Source: an uncultured Acidobacteriota bacterium (GTDB lineage: Bacteria; Acidobacteriota; Blastocatellia; RBC074). From it: a DNA stretch of 64,000 bases. The position numbers and the translations under genes are program-made. The stretch covers positions 384,001-448,000 of the forward strand of contig CAWCKY010000002.1 of NCBI GenBank assembly GCA_963796275.1. The letters run 5' to 3'. This document shows, piece by piece, positions 1 through 11,052 of this stretch (position 1 is the first letter of the stretch; every line of letters starts with the position of its first letter). The notes beneath the pieces are model-generated. The model worked only from the letters and a program-made list of their open reading frames with translations, was not told the origin of the DNA and made no database searches.

Positions 1-283
1 GAACGGACCTGATGGCGACAACCGCCGGGAGCGCTTTCTGAATTACAGAGTCAATAGTTTGTTCTATCGACTCCAGCTCGCTTTTTTTGAGTACGGTCTG
101 GACGCCTTCAACCTCCTTACGTAAAGATTCAAGGGTCGATACTTCAAATCGCATCGCGTTTTCTTCCGGGCGAATGCCGCGCAGTAACCCGCCGCTCAGT
201 AGCACCAATGCCGCAGATAGGAAGATTATCGAATGATATGTTTTTGTCTTATTTACACGCTTGAGCTTTTGAAAAAGCTTCAT
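1..283 (-). CDS. N-terminus of a probable HtrA/DegP-like trypsin serine protease (runs off the window edge)
   Basis: Not in the ORF track. Manual translation from ATG 283 (G-rich RBS upstream) gives MKLFQKLKRVNKTKTYHSIIFLSAALVLLSGG...QTIDSVIQKALPAVVAIRSV: a hydrophobic anchor followed by the PAVVxI motif that opens HtrA protease domains. Confidence 0.55.
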   Translation of the reverse strand, partial: MKLFQKLKRVNKTKTYHSIIFLSAALVLLSGGLLRGIRPEENAMRFEVSTLESLRKEVEGVQTVLKKSELESIEQTIDSVIQKALPAVVAIRSV

Positions 284-395
284 TTGCACTCCCCCCTTTA
301 ATGTCCGATTCTCTGAGTTCTTTCGGCCTGCATTCCCTCATTTCATAATTTGCGACTCATCAATTGCGACCCCAATGAATCGAAAGCTATTGTGG

Positions 396-410
396 GCAAT
401 GAGTGTGCCG
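396..410 (-). promoter_or_regulatory. Sigma54 -24/-12 promoter for the HtrA-like gene
   Basis: The minus strand reads CGGCAC-ACTCA-TTGC, an exact GG-N10-GC match about 110 bp upstream of ATG 283. Confidence 0.55.
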
Positions 411-1205
411 CAGTTAAATGAGGTATGGGCAAATTAAACTAGTGCGATAACAACGCTTTCAATGATTTCATGAAAACTATGTGAATCGGATTTCGCCTAT
501 AACCAGCATTCAATGATTGAACTCATTACAGCAAATATTTCTTGTCATATGGAAGTAAAAATATGTGGTCTTAAGCCTCACAGTGAGGCAGAAAGCTACA
601 ACTATTTACTCAGCTACGATTCCTCGCGTAGCGAGGCGGGACACGAATATTAGTTAGCCCTATATCGCGTAAAACCCTATAACATCGTCTGAAAATCTTT
701 GTGTCGATCGCGATCGATGATGCGCAACTTCAAGTCAATAGCCTGAATATCTAGTAACACTGGTCCTGAGCTATTCCTGGATAGATTTCGCACACAAGTG
801 CGTGGTCTTCGGCGATAAATCTCCGTGCGCTTGTTCAGCGCTGGTGCGAGTCAGAAAAGATAAACGCCTCAGACGCGATTATTCGTGAGGTAGTATGCGA
901 CAAAATTTGTTGCGCGTAATTGCGACACGCCGATGAGAATAATGACGAAAATCCTGATAGGCCCTACCTATAATGCAGATTCCACTGTTATATTCAGCTT
1001 CGATAAGTACGGTTTTGGCAATTATCTTGCCACCCCTCATCAATCTTTTCTAGAAACTTCATCCGCCAACGCCAACAATTCAACCTTTAATAAAATTCAA
1101 TTTACTTACATGTTGCAGAATGCCACAACTGGAATTAGGCAAATGCATCTTCTCGAAACGGGATAGACTTCGCTAACCGATTGACTCGACGCATAGTGAA
1201 CCCAG

Positions 1206-1220
1206 TGGCACGGAACTTGA
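1206..1220 (+). promoter_or_regulatory. Sigma54-like promoter upstream of treY
   Basis: TGGCAC-GGAAC-TTGA (GG-N10-GA, variant -12 element). Confidence 0.4.
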
Positions 1221-1393
1221 ACTCCATGATTACGACATCAATACCGGGACAATTACAGGTTTCAGCCTGGTATATATCATTCCGCAGCTTGTAAAGAGAG
1301 TCATGAAATATAAAGAAGATAAGGGAGTGATAGGAATTCGGTGATCATACACAGGCTCACCCCGATTGAACCCTGAACACAAAGGCCCGTTAT

Positions 1394-4345
1394 ATGGCAC
1401 CATTTAGCGAAAAAGAACCGATACGGATGCGCATCCCTTGCTCAGCTTATCGTTTGCAACTTAACGAGCTTTTTACTATCGAGCAGGCAACAGAAGTAGT
1501 CGAGTATCTGCACGACCTCGGTATCAGCGATTGTTACACATCGCCGATACTGTCGGCTCGCGCTGGAAGTTTACACGGATACGATATTACCGATCATTCC
1601 CGGCTCAATCCTGAAATCGGTGATGAAGCAGGTTTTGCCAGATTGGCTCAGCTACTGAGAAATCGCCGTATGGGTCTGATTCTGGATGTGGTCCCGAACC
1701 ATATGTGCATCGCGTACGGCGCGAATCAGTGGTGGAATGATGTGTTAGAAAACGGTCCCAGCTCCCCATTTGCGCGGTTCTTTGACATTGACTGGCTGCC
1801 GCCCAAGCCAGACCTCGCTGAGAAAGTTTTACTGCCGATGTTGGGCGAGCAATACGGCCGCGCGCTGGAAAATCAGGAACTCAGGCTCGCATACGACCGC
1901 GGAGCTTTCTTTATCGAGTACTACGAGACTCGCCTGCCGATAGCCCCGCGAACTTACATATATATTCTTGAACCATTGCTGGTACAGCTTCGCTGCCGGC
2001 ACGCCGAATCACATCACGACTTGATGGAACTGGAAAGCATCATCACGGCGCTCCGCTATCTGCCGCCGCGGTCAGAGACTGACGAAGCGCGCCTCAAAGA
2101 AAGGCAACGCGAAAAAGAGATAATCAAGCGGCGATTCGACAAGCTCATCGAGGAGTGCGAAGAAGCGCGGCGCATTTTGGATGAAGTGTTAGTCGAATTC
2201 AACGGCGAACGCGGCAACCCACGCAGCTTTAATCGACTTGAGCGGCTCCTCACCGATCAGGCTTATCGCCTCAGTTACTGGCGTGTGGCTGCAGACGAAA
2301 TCAACTACCGGCGCTTTTTCGATATCAACGAGCTGGCGGCCATCCGAGTAGAGGAGCCGGAAGTCTTTGCCGCCGTTCACCGGCTGATCTTCCAACTGAT
2401 GAAGCACGGGCAGGTGACCGGATTGCGCATCGACCACGTCGATGGGTTGCTCGACCCGATGCAATACTTGAATGATCTCCAGGCCGGATGTTTGTTAAAT
2501 GAACCGTTGAGCGCCGCCGCTGCCGCTGAATCGCCGTCTCCTTCTCAATGCCATCAAACCACAGCGTCGAAGCTGCCTGCATACATCGTAGTTGAAAAGA
2601 TCCTGGGTCATGATGAAATGCTGCGACCCGATTGGGCGGTGCACGGAACCACCGGCTACGGCTTCTTGAATTTGCTCAATGGCGTCTTCATCGATACGAC
2701 GAACAAACTCGCATTTCTTCTTCTATATCAACGATTCACCGGGCAGTCAGTCAACTTTTCCGATCTCATCTATTACTGCAAAAAACTGATTTTGCGAGTT
2801 GCTATGTCAAGCGAGCTAAACGTGCTGGCATGCCAACTCGATCGGATATCCGAGCAGTTGCGATATTCGCGCGACTTCACGCTCAACAGCCTGCAATATG
2901 CGCTCGGTGAATTGATCGCATGCTTCCCCATCTATCGAACCTATACGCGATTTGACCAGAATGAAGTGAATGAAGAGGATCAACGGCATATTCGCCGCGC
3001 GATCAACGAGGCTATGCATCGCAACCCGGCAATAAGCCTTTCACTTTTCGATTTCATCGGATCACTGCTCCTGCTCGAAGCTCCGGAGGGGCTGTCTGTT
3101 GAGGAGATTGCTGAGAGACGCAATTTCGTGCTGCGTTTCCAGCAGTTGACCGGGCCAGTGATGGCGAAAGGGATGGAGGATACCGCCTTTTATCGCTACT
3201 TCCCTCTCGCCTCGCTCAATGAAGTAGGAGGCGAGCCTGCTCGATTTGGGATTACGGTAGAAGTTTTTCACGACAAAAATCAGCAGCGAATGCACGAACG
3301 CCCGCACGGACTTTCGGCCACCTCGACGCACGATACCAAGCGCAGTGAGGACGTGCGCGCGCGCTTGAACGTGCTTTCCGAGATGCCGGCCCAGTGGTAT
3401 CGCAACATTTTACGCTGGCGCATGGCTAATCAAGACCAAAAAACACGACTCAACGGCACTGAAGCGCCGGATGCCAATGATGAATATTTGATCTACCAAA
3501 CGCTTGTCGGGGCGTGGCCGCTCACCCGTTTAATAGGCGGCGAGCTCGACGAGTTCGTCCGGCGAATCCAGGAGTACATGATCAAAGCCATCAGAGAGGC
3601 GAAAGTCCATACAAGCTGGATCAGCCCGAATGAGCCATACGAACGGGGCATACGTCAATTTATCCGAACCATTCTGGACTTTACGCCTGAAAATTGCTTC
3701 CTCGATGATTTCACCGGGTTTCAACAAACGATCGCCCGTGCTGGAATATTCAATTCTCTCTCGCAAACATTGCTTAAGATCACTTTGCCGGGTGTCCCGG
3801 ATTTTTATCAGGGCACTGAATTATGGGACTTCAGTTTGGTCGATCCTGACAACCGCCGGCCGGTAGATTTTATGAAAAGGCGGAATTTATTGGCTGAAAT
3901 TCGTGATGCAGAAAGAGAAGATTTGCTCGGCTTCATTGATCGAATGATGCAGCATCCCGAAGATGGACACATCAAGATGTACCTGATAAAGCGGGCGCTT
4001 AACTTCCGCCGTGCGCAACACGAGCTGTTCTCGACCGGATATTATCAGCCGCTACGCGCGTCAGGCAGCCGGAAGAATCATGTAATCGCGTTCTCCCGTA
4101 CCTTGCGCAACAAAACAGTAATCGTGGCAACGGGGCGATTCTTCTCGCGGCTCGGCGATTTACCGACCGGGCAGAACACGTGGAATGAAACATTCATCCT
4201 ATTGGAGAAGAAAATAAGGTCCAGTCGTTACCGGAATGTGTTTACCGGCGAAATGCTGCAAGTGAGTGAACAGAATAAGAAAAGCGGGTTATCGCTGGCC
4301 CAACTCTTTTCACGGGTTCCCGTAGCGATGCTGGAACTGGTCTAA
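1394..4345 (+). CDS. treY: Malto-oligosyltrehalose synthase (GH13)
   Basis: Motifs [82 protein letters not shown]. The start may be ATG 1427. Confidence 0.95.
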   Translation: MAPFSEKEPIRMRIPCSAYRLQLNELFTIEQATEVVEYLHDLGISDCYTSPILSARAGSLHGYDITDHSRLNPEIGDEAGFARLAQLLRNRRMGLILDVVPNHMCIAYGANQWWNDVLENGPSSPFARFFDIDWLPPKPDLAEKVLLPMLGEQYGRALENQELRLAYDRGAFFIEYYETRLPIAPRTYIYILEPLLVQLRCRHAESHHDLMELESIITALRYLPPRSETDEARLKERQREKEIIKRRFDKLIEECEEARRILDEVLVEFNGERGNPRSFNRLERLLTDQAYRLSYWRVAADEINYRRFFDINELAAIRVEEPEVFAAVHRLIFQLMKHGQVTGLRIDHVDGLLDPMQYLNDLQAGCLLNEPLSAAAAAESPSPSQCHQTTASKLPAYIVVEKILGHDEMLRPDWAVHGTTGYGFLNLLNGVFIDTTNKLAFLLLYQRFTGQSVNFSDLIYYCKKLILRVAMSSELNVLACQLDRISEQLRYSRDFTLNSLQYALGELIACFPIYRTYTRFDQNEVNEEDQRHIRRAINEAMHRNPAISLSLFDFIGSLLLLEAPEGLSVEEIAERRNFVLRFQQLTGPVMAKGMEDTAFYRYFPLASLNEVGGEPARFGITVEVFHDKNQQRMHERPHGLSATSTHDTKRSEDVRARLNVLSEMPAQWYRNILRWRMANQDQKTRLNGTEAPDANDEYLIYQTLVGAWPLTRLIGGELDEFVRRIQEYMIKAIREAKVHTSWISPNEPYERGIRQFIRTILDFTPENCFLDDFTGFQQTIARAGIFNSLSQTLLKITLPGVPDFYQGTELWDFSLVDPDNRRPVDFMKRRNLLAEIRDAEREDLLGFIDRMMQHPEDGHIKMYLIKRALNFRRAQHELFSTGYYQPLRASGSRKNHVIAFSRTLRNKTVIVATGRFFSRLGDLPTGQNTWNETFILLEKKIRSSRYRNVFTGEMLQVSEQNKKSGLSLAQLFSRVPVAMLELV

Positions 4346-4392
4346 TCTGAAACAAAAGTCCTCAGCGGATTTCAGATGAATATCTTGGGATA

Positions 4393-4448
4393 GCGGAGCC
4401 CTTGGAGTGCGGTTGCAAGCAAGCAAGCAACCGCACTCCAAGGGGCTC
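4393..4448. repeat. REP-like long hairpin (TGGAGTGCGG family), possibly a treY terminator
   Basis: GAGCCCTTGGAGTGCGGTTGC-aagcaagcaa-GCAACCGCACTCCAAGGGGCTC. A related copy lies at 47688-47730. Confidence 0.7.
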
Positions 4449-4633
4449 TGCAATCTTCAACCCTGCATACTCATCTGAAAACCGCAGTAAATCCTTCTGC
4501 GTATCGGAGACCACCAACTTTTCATGAACTTTTACAGAATCGCCTTCGCCTGCTTGCATGTGGAATGTTATTCATGCAAGAGTTCATACAATCTCAACTA
4601 ATCACTGAACAATATAAAAATAGGAGAAATCTC

Positions 4634-4933
4634 ATGGTTAAAGTAGCACTTTTCGTTCGATTGGAAGCAAAACCCGGAAAAGAAGGAGAGGTTGAAAAAT
4701 TTCTTAATGGCGGATTGCCGCTGGTTGAGGAAGAGCCAGCGACGATCACCTGGTATGCCATCAAATTAGGGCCTTCAACGTACGGTATCTTCGATACATT
4801 TCAGGACGAAAATGGCCGGCAAGCGCATCTATCTGGCAAGGTCGCGGCGGCCCTGATGGCAAAGGCTTCTGAGTTACTTTCGCAACCGCCTCAGATCGAA
4901 CGGGTGGAAATCCTTGCTGCCAAGCTTCCCTAG
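4634..4933 (+). CDS. Antibiotic biosynthesis monooxygenase (ABM)-family protein
   Basis: AGGAG RBS then [17 protein letters not shown]...YGIFDTF...GRQAHL; 99 aa, dimeric alpha/beta barrel type. Confidence 0.8.
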   Translation: MVKVALFVRLEAKPGKEGEVEKFLNGGLPLVEEEPATITWYAIKLGPSTYGIFDTFQDENGRQAHLSGKVAAALMAKASELLSQPPQIERVEILAAKLP

Positions 4934-4958
4934 ACAGTCGATCAATACCGGAAAAAAT

Positions 4959-6305
4959 ATGCTTCGAGGATTACTCGTTTTGATGATCGTAGCCGCTGCC
5001 TATACGCAGGCTGCATCTCAGGGGTTACTCAAGGCCGGGTTAGCAAAGGTTGTGATAACCCCTGAAACGAACATCTGGATGGCCGGTTACGCTGCGCGCA
5101 AAAAACCGGCCGAGGGTAAGATTCACGACCTTCACGCGAAAGCGCTAGCGATCATGGATAGGAGTGGCAATCGCGTTGTAATAGTGACGTCTGACCTGCT
5201 CGGATTTCCGCGCGCGTTAACGGAAGAGGTCTCCAGGCTGGCGAAGAAAAGTTATGGCCTGAAGCGCGAGCAGATACTTTTCAACTCGTCACACACTCAC
5301 ACTGGTCCGGTTCTCAGCGGATCGCTAGCCGGCGCATATGATCTTGACACGGATCAAACGGCCGCTATTGCCCAGTACACGGAACGACTTAAAGATAAGC
5401 TCGTAGCGCTCATAGGCAAGGCGATCGAAGCTCTATCTCCATCTAAGGTCTCTTTCGGACGCGGCGTTGCGCCATTCGCGATGAACCGGAGGCAGATGAC
5501 GCCCAATGGAATGGTCATCGGAGTCAATCCTGATGGGGTCGTCGATCGCGAAGTTCCGGTGTTGCGGATCGAATCGCCCGATGGGATTTTACGCGGAATC
5601 GTATTCGGTTATGCCTGCCATAACACAACGCTGACAGGCGAATTTTATCTATACAGCGGTGATTATTCCGGTTTTGCTCAGGATGCAATCGAAAGATCTC
5701 ATCCGGGAGTGATAGCTCTTTTCGTAACTGGGTGTGGAGCGGATATCAATCCCAATCCCCGCAGCAAGCTCGAATTAGCACAAGAACACGGCGAAACTCT
5801 GGCGAAATCGGTCGACCAGGTTTTGAGCGGCTCGTTGATTTCACTCAAAGGTAAAGTCAAATCGGTAATCGGCGAAGTAGCGATTCCCTTCTCTCCGCCA
5901 CCGACCAAAGAAGAATTTCAAGCTCGGCTTAATAATAGTAATACTCATCGGAGCCGCCACGCTGAGCGGATGTTGCAGCGGCTGGAGCGGGACGGAAAAC
6001 TCATCTCAAAATATCCCTACACCATCCAGATCGTTCAGATCGGGGATTTGAAATTGGTCGCACTGGCGGGCGAGGTCGTGACCGATTACTCTCTGCGATT
6101 GAAAAGCGAACTCGGCGGAAATCTTTGGGTGGCAGGCTACAGTAACGATCTATGCTCATATATACCATCGGCACGGATGTTCAAGGAAGGCGGCTACGAG
6201 GTATTCGACTCGATGATCTATTACGACCTGCCAGGCCCGTATCAGCCTGAGATCGAAGAGCTGATTATCGGCAAAGTGCACGAGCTCGCGCGCCGTCTCA
6301 AGTAA
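4959..6305 (+). CDS. Secreted neutral/alkaline ceramidase-like protein
   Basis: Signal peptide; motifs [34 protein letters not shown]. Confidence 0.75.
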   Translation: MLRGLLVLMIVAAAYTQAASQGLLKAGLAKVVITPETNIWMAGYAARKKPAEGKIHDLHAKALAIMDRSGNRVVIVTSDLLGFPRALTEEVSRLAKKSYGLKREQILFNSSHTHTGPVLSGSLAGAYDLDTDQTAAIAQYTERLKDKLVALIGKAIEALSPSKVSFGRGVAPFAMNRRQMTPNGMVIGVNPDGVVDREVPVLRIESPDGILRGIVFGYACHNTTLTGEFYLYSGDYSGFAQDAIERSHPGVIALFVTGCGADINPNPRSKLELAQEHGETLAKSVDQVLSGSLISLKGKVKSVIGEVAIPFSPPPTKEEFQARLNNSNTHRSRHAERMLQRLERDGKLISKYPYTIQIVQIGDLKLVALAGEVVTDYSLRLKSELGGNLWVAGYSNDLCSYIPSARMFKEGGYEVFDSMIYYDLPGPYQPEIEELIIGKVHELARRLK

Positions 6306-6340
6306 AATGTACCTGAGAATGAAACGACGCTACCGCAGCG

Positions 6341-6673
6341 TTAGGACTCTTCGAACGATCCATCAAACACACAGCCGGGCGCCGTCTCGCATAGTATGAC
6401 ATCGTAACTTTCCAGCAACGGCATGGCGATAGACTCCAGCTCATTCTTCCACACCTCGCCTTCGTAGAAGTCGGTCTTCATCCGGTCTCGTTCGTCTAAA
6501 GATGGAAACAGGCGCAACCAAACAAATTTGTTGGGGTTTTCAAGATCAATCAATGGGCCGAGAACTTTCATCCCATGAGAACGCAGCGCCGGTATTGTTC
6601 GAGTTTTGAAGAATTGGATGAATTCGTCGCGGTGCCCCGGCTTGATTCTGTAGCTTCGTACCTCAACTATCAC
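6341..6673 (-). CDS. NIPSNAP-family protein
   Basis: MIVEVRSYRIKPG...FVWLRLFPSLDER; GAGGAG RBS. Confidence 0.8.
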   Translation of the reverse strand: MIVEVRSYRIKPGHRDEFIQFFKTRTIPALRSHGMKVLGPLIDLENPNKFVWLRLFPSLDERDRMKTDFYEGEVWKNELESIAMPLLESYDVILCETAPGCVFDGSFEES

Positions 6674-6728
6674 GTTTTATCTCCTCAATGCTTGATCGAA
6701 CATTACGATCGGTAATTTTTCGGGATGG

Positions 6729-6757
6729 ACTATAATCCGAACTATGAGCTTCATCAA
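6729..6757 (-). promoter_or_regulatory. Sigma70 promoter for the NIPSNAP gene
   Basis: TTGATG-N17-TATAGT on the minus strand. Confidence 0.45.
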
Positions 6758-6999
6758 GAAGGCATTTTTGTTCGTGTTTAAATGTTCCTAGGCCGGAAAA
6801 GCACAAGCTAACTGCCGATGGTGGCCAGCTTGTCACTACATCAGACTCTCGCGATTGCGATCTTTGCTCTGCGCTCTGAATGGGGTGGTGGAGCCTAACA
6901 AAACCACCGATCAATACAATCGGCTGTGCCCCGGCGCAAACCGAAAATTTTGGTGAATGATAAGGTGGCATGGATTGCCATGATGTGGAGTGTAGCATC

Positions 7000-7097
7000 T
7001 GGTGAATGGCAAGGTTGTCGCCGAATCCTGAAGGAGCGTGATGCGTCCAATTTATTACGCCTCTACAAGGATTGGCGACCTCTCTCGCCATTCACCA
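7000..7097. repeat. Extended imperfect hairpin (REP/MITE-like or terminator)
   Basis: Nested pairings TGGTGAATGGC/GCCATTCACCA, GTCGCC/GGCGAC and AATCCT/AGGATT, just after the stop of the gene ending at 7107. Confidence 0.55.
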
Positions 7098-7106
7098 AGT
7101 CAAGGT

Positions 7107-8372
7107 CTATTTCCCACCAGTGCTTGCTTTTGACTCTGCGCTTTTCTGCTTGACGACGATGTAATCGAAGAACCCGTTCATCATCTCTTCCCAGGTCTGT
7201 TCGCCGAAGCGAACAGATTTCGTCGGATCGGGATTCTGCGTATTTTTCGTCGAGTTGTCGAAGTGCGCAATGGTCTCTATCTTGGCGCCTTTCGGTAGGC
7301 GGATCGGTTTCTTGGGGTAGTAATAGACCTGCCAGCCGAAGTCGTAGCGCGGGACGGATAGCAGGATTTCAGAACGCCCATCGGGATAGACAGCGCGGTA
7401 GAGATAGTCTTTGCCGCGCAAATGCATGTGCGGCATAAAGCTGATGATCTCAACCTCTTCATCGGCGACCCAATCGGCGCTGACTTCGTGGTTGACGGCG
7501 TGCGGCGGAATCTCGAATCGCGGATTCCATGAGGCCGTCGTCGTAATCACTTTATCCACTTGCGTCTTGGCGAATTTCAGGCCGACCTGTGAGCGATCTT
7601 TCGTCTCTTTGCCGCTCGGCGTGTAGTGCATCTGGAAGACTAGGTTCGAGCCGGCCTTGATAAGTTTGGCTGTGCCGGGCTGCGACACGAACGGCGTGTT
7701 GCCCGGAGAGAGCGCGCCGAGCAACCCCGTGCCGATGTCCTGCCTCTTGGGCCGCTTCTCGTTTGGATCGCGCACGTAAATCACGATGTGATGCACAACC
7801 GAGAGATCGCCCGCACGAGCCTCCATAGCGGCGATATATTTGTCCTCTTTGAAATTGGTCGGGATGGTGAAATACATATACGGAACCGTGCCATCGGCGG
7901 GGACGGTGAACTCTTCGGGCATCTGGAACACGATGTCTGGCTCGCCGATCTGCCAACCTCTGGCGAACTGAGGCATTGGCGGCAAATCTTTCGGATCGCC
8001 TTCCTTCGAGCCTCCGCCGACCCAACCGACAATCGTGTCAATCTCTTTTTGCGAGAGCCTCTTGTCGTTTGCCCATTCGCCGTGTGCTGGATCGGCGTGC
8101 CACGGCGGCATCTCGCGATTGGCGACTTTCTCGCGAATCGCTTTGGCCCAGGGACGGACTTCTTTGTAAGTCATCAAAGACATCGGCGCTATCTCACCCG
8201 GGCGATGGCACTCGACGCAGTTCTTATAAAAGATCGGCGCTATATCTTTTGCGAAAGTCGGCGCAGACTTCTCGCCGCTCGCGCCGCCGCTCGCGCTGGT
8301 GCGCGAGAAACCGGCGAGCCCGACGGCCAGACAGATTAACAGGGCGATAAACATCAGATGTTGGCGATTCAT
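7107..8372 (-). CDS. Exported cytochrome c domain fused to a copper type II (PHM/DBM-like) monooxygenase domain
   Basis: GAGGAGG RBS and ATG 8372; signal peptide; CVECH heme motif followed by MPPW; copper-ligand motifs VHHIV, QMHY, PHMH and EEMM. Confidence 0.75.
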   Translation of the reverse strand: MNRQHLMFIALLICLAVGLAGFSRTSASGGASGEKSAPTFAKDIAPIFYKNCVECHRPGEIAPMSLMTYKEVRPWAKAIREKVANREMPPWHADPAHGEWANDKRLSQKEIDTIVGWVGGGSKEGDPKDLPPMPQFARGWQIGEPDIVFQMPEEFTVPADGTVPYMYFTIPTNFKEDKYIAAMEARAGDLSVVHHIVIYVRDPNEKRPKRQDIGTGLLGALSPGNTPFVSQPGTAKLIKAGSNLVFQMHYTPSGKETKDRSQVGLKFAKTQVDKVITTTASWNPRFEIPPHAVNHEVSADWVADEEVEIISFMPHMHLRGKDYLYRAVYPDGRSEILLSVPRYDFGWQVYYYPKKPIRLPKGAKIETIAHFDNSTKNTQNPDPTKSVRFGEQTWEEMMNGFFDYIVVKQKSAESKASTGGK

Positions 8373-8412
8373 CGTTAACCTCCTCATGCTTTGGTCAGTA
8401 CAGCAGTCAGGT

Positions 8413-9933
8413 TTAGTCGTCGGCTCGCACCCAACCGTAAGCGGCGTTACTTCGTTCGCCACCAGTTTCGAGATAAGCCGTCTTCAACTTTTCCAGCGCG
8501 TCCGCCGGCAGTGCGCTCCGTTTAGCTTTGACATCAATGCCGTATATCTTCGCGGCATTGAGGCCGAATATCTTGGCCTTGTCTTCTTTGGTGATCTTTT
8601 TGTAGCCGAACTTCTCGCACAGTTCGTCCGAAATCTGGAAGCGCTTAAAGGCTTCGATCGCCCATTGAGGCGATCCCCACCACAGGCAATCGGTGCCCCA
8701 GAGAACGTTGTCTGCCCCATAATACTTGATATTCCGGGCCATCCCGTGCTGGCACATCAACGGATCAATCACCGCCAGTATATTGAAGAAACTGCCGACC
8801 TCGCAGTAGACATTCTTCATCTGTGGGTTGCGCTTCTTGATGTCCATCAAAACGCTGTGCCACTCGAAATCGCCCGTGGCCGGATCGAATTTGTTGTTCT
8901 CTTTCCAGTTCGGTTCGTTTGGCCCGTGCTTGATCGCCGAGTGATAGACGATGAAGTTGAAATCCGGATTGCGCAGAGCGGCCTTCTCGATGTCTTTCGG
9001 ATTGGCCAGATGACCGAGCGTGCGCGATTGATACGAGTATCCTTTATGCACGCTGATGTTGCGCAGCCCGCGCTTGCGCGACTCCTCGATGAAGTATTGC
9101 GCATTGTCATCATCGCATTGGAACCCGCCGCCTGACTGCCCCGGATCAGTGTGGCAGTACCACTTCCACGAGCCGATGCCATACATCTTGATCTCGCGCT
9201 CCATCTGCTCGATAAGTTCTGCCCGGTCGATCTTGTTGGCCGCCTTATCCCAGTAATGGTTCGGTGCGAGGTTTCCCTGGTTGAGCGCGCGCTGCGAGCC
9301 GGCCAGCACGTTCAACTCTTTCCTGGCCTCGGCCATATACCAGCTGGGCAATACCCGGTTGAAGCCTCCAGGCGTACGAGCCGCTCCTTCGAGAATTTTG
9401 CCATCCTTGTCGCGGTTGATCTCCTTGCCGGGCACGCCGGAAATTACGACCATCGCCGTCTCGCTGTCGAAAAATATTTCCTTGACGAAGTTTTTGTAGC
9501 TGTATGAATCGACATCCTCCTTCAGACTGAAGCCCATGTTCTTAACGAACTCCATCGTGCGGAAGCCGGGGATAGCCACCCCGTTGGTGAAGTGCGACTG
9601 TACGTCAATGACGAAGTATTCGCCTTTGGGCCACTTCTCGTCGATGGCGGCAGCCTCCCAAGTCTCAGCTTCGTCTACCTCCCAACAACTGCCGTAGACC
9701 TTGTTCGAAGCCAGAAAACAGGTCGCCAGCCCCATCGACGTTCGCATGAAATCTCTCCGCTTCATCCCGAGCTTATGCGCGCGGGTTTCTGACAGATCGC
9801 CGATCAAATGCTCGACCTGCTTCTGCGCCTCGGTCTGCGGGCGCGGCGTGAACTCCTCGTTGGAGACCACCTGTGTCGGTATGGGCGAGTCCACGCCCTT
9901 CTTCAAATCACGTAATGCTTTACGAATCCACAT
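8413..9933 (-). CDS. Amidohydrolase_2-family protein with internal twin-arginine motif
   Basis: Motifs [38 protein letters not shown]; RRDFMR at about residue 60. Confidence 0.75.
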   Translation of the reverse strand: MWIRKALRDLKKGVDSPIPTQVVSNEEFTPRPQTEAQKQVEHLIGDLSETRAHKLGMKRRDFMRTSMGLATCFLASNKVYGSCWEVDEAETWEAAAIDEKWPKGEYFVIDVQSHFTNGVAIPGFRTMEFVKNMGFSLKEDVDSYSYKNFVKEIFFDSETAMVVISGVPGKEINRDKDGKILEGAARTPGGFNRVLPSWYMAEARKELNVLAGSQRALNQGNLAPNHYWDKAANKIDRAELIEQMEREIKMYGIGSWKWYCHTDPGQSGGGFQCDDDNAQYFIEESRKRGLRNISVHKGYSYQSRTLGHLANPKDIEKAALRNPDFNFIVYHSAIKHGPNEPNWKENNKFDPATGDFEWHSVLMDIKKRNPQMKNVYCEVGSFFNILAVIDPLMCQHGMARNIKYYGADNVLWGTDCLWWGSPQWAIEAFKRFQISDELCEKFGYKKITKEDKAKIFGLNAAKIYGIDVKAKRSALPADALEKLKTAYLETGGERSNAAYGWVRADD

Positions 9934-9966
9934 TGGGTTAGCTCCTTTTCAAAAAGTATTCCGCTG

Positions 9967-10470
9967 CTATCGCGGCGACGGCGTCGCGCGCTTGCGCAGA
10001 ATCTCCTGGGCGGTCTTAATCTCGCCGAGCAACTCGCCCGACTTTATCCGCTCACGCAGAATTTCGAAGAAGATTCGCTGTTGCTCCGGGGTTAATTGGC
10101 TCTTGGCCCAATCCCACCGCTGGAAGATTGTAGTTTGCGTGGCACGGTTATCGTCAAGTATCTCTTTCTGCTTCGCCTCGATCGCCTTCCAGTCGATCTG
10201 AGGTTGTGCGATCAACTCAACGATCTCAACCCACTTCGTCGCATAATCTTGCTGCGACTCGGTTATTCGCCTGATCAAATCGAAGTAGCGCTCATAGAGC
10301 ACGCGTTTCTGCTCGTCGGTGAGGTTGAGACGATTATAAACCGCGAAGGTATTCGACTTGTTATCCGAAGCCGATTTCGCGGAAGAGAGGCTGTAGGTGA
10401 CAGCACCTATGGCCGCCACGTTGAATGTCACGGAGATCACGAAAGCAATCTGAAAGATTTTCTGTTTCAT
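9967..10470 (-). CDS. Spy/CpxP/ZraP-like periplasmic sensor or chaperone
   Basis: N-terminal TM (SVTFNVAAIG) and two LTxEQ motifs (LNLTDEQK, LTPEQQ). ATG 10470 overlaps the anti-sigma stop. Confidence 0.75.
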   Translation of the reverse strand: MKQKIFQIAFVISVTFNVAAIGAVTYSLSSAKSASDNKSNTFAVYNRLNLTDEQKRVLYERYFDLIRRITESQQDYATKWVEIVELIAQPQIDWKAIEAKQKEILDDNRATQTTIFQRWDWAKSQLTPEQQRIFFEILRERIKSGELLGEIKTAQEILRKRATPSPR

Positions 10471-10997
10471 TGTCGGTCTCCAGAATTCGGGCGAGTTTGA
10501 TCGGGCGCGCCGATCTTTGCCCCGTGCATCAATTGCATCATCTCCTGCTCGACCGGCATCATCTCCAAAACTGCCATCGGATCGAGTTGTCCGGTCGATG
10601 ATGAATTCGCCAAAAGACCGGTTACAACCCGGCCTGATTGGATGCCGCCCAATGTCGCCAGGATAATCCCAGCGATAATAGCGACACGGACCGGGAAACT
10701 GAATGTCATCAGCCATTGCCAGAGGAGCGAGGAGCGTACCGAGTATCCGGCAATGGCAGCGCACGCCGATTCAGTCTGCGCCAGATTCACCACGCGTTTG
10801 AGAAATCCGGACGGAACGGGCTCATCGAAATCGGTCGTCACATCGCGCACGAAATCGTCAAAGGCACGCTCGCGCGCCAGTTCCGCCCGGCAGGCAAGGC
10901 ATCCCAGCAAATGCCCGTCAACTAGCTTTCTCGCCTCCACCTCTAGTTCCCCGGCGAGATAGGCGGCAAGTTGATCTTTAACGTTAGTGCAATTCAT
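10467..10997 (-). CDS. Zinc-finger (zf-HC2) transmembrane anti-sigma factor
   Basis: MNC...HLLGCLAC (HxxxCxxC), a TM helix, directly downstream of an ECF sigma gene. Confidence 0.85.
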   Translation of the reverse strand: MNCTNVKDQLAAYLAGELEVEARKLVDGHLLGCLACRAELARERAFDDFVRDVTTDFDEPVPSGFLKRVVNLAQTESACAAIAGYSVRSSLLWQWLMTFSFPVRVAIIAGIILATLGGIQSGRVVTGLLANSSSTGQLDPMAVLEMMPVEQEMMQLMHGAKIGAPDQTRPNSGDRQ

Positions 10998-11052
10998 TTA
11001 TATCGTTCCTGTTATCGACCCTATAGACAACTGTGAGGGCAAAACCCTGCGC

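Noticed and set aside
933-1166. 77-aa ORF in the treY upstream region
   Set aside because: AT-rich, no clear RBS and no recognisable motif; it lies in the putative regulatory spacer.
6663-7153. ORFs 6663-7091(-) and 6926-7153(+)
   Set aside because: They overlap a promoter and hairpins and have no family features.
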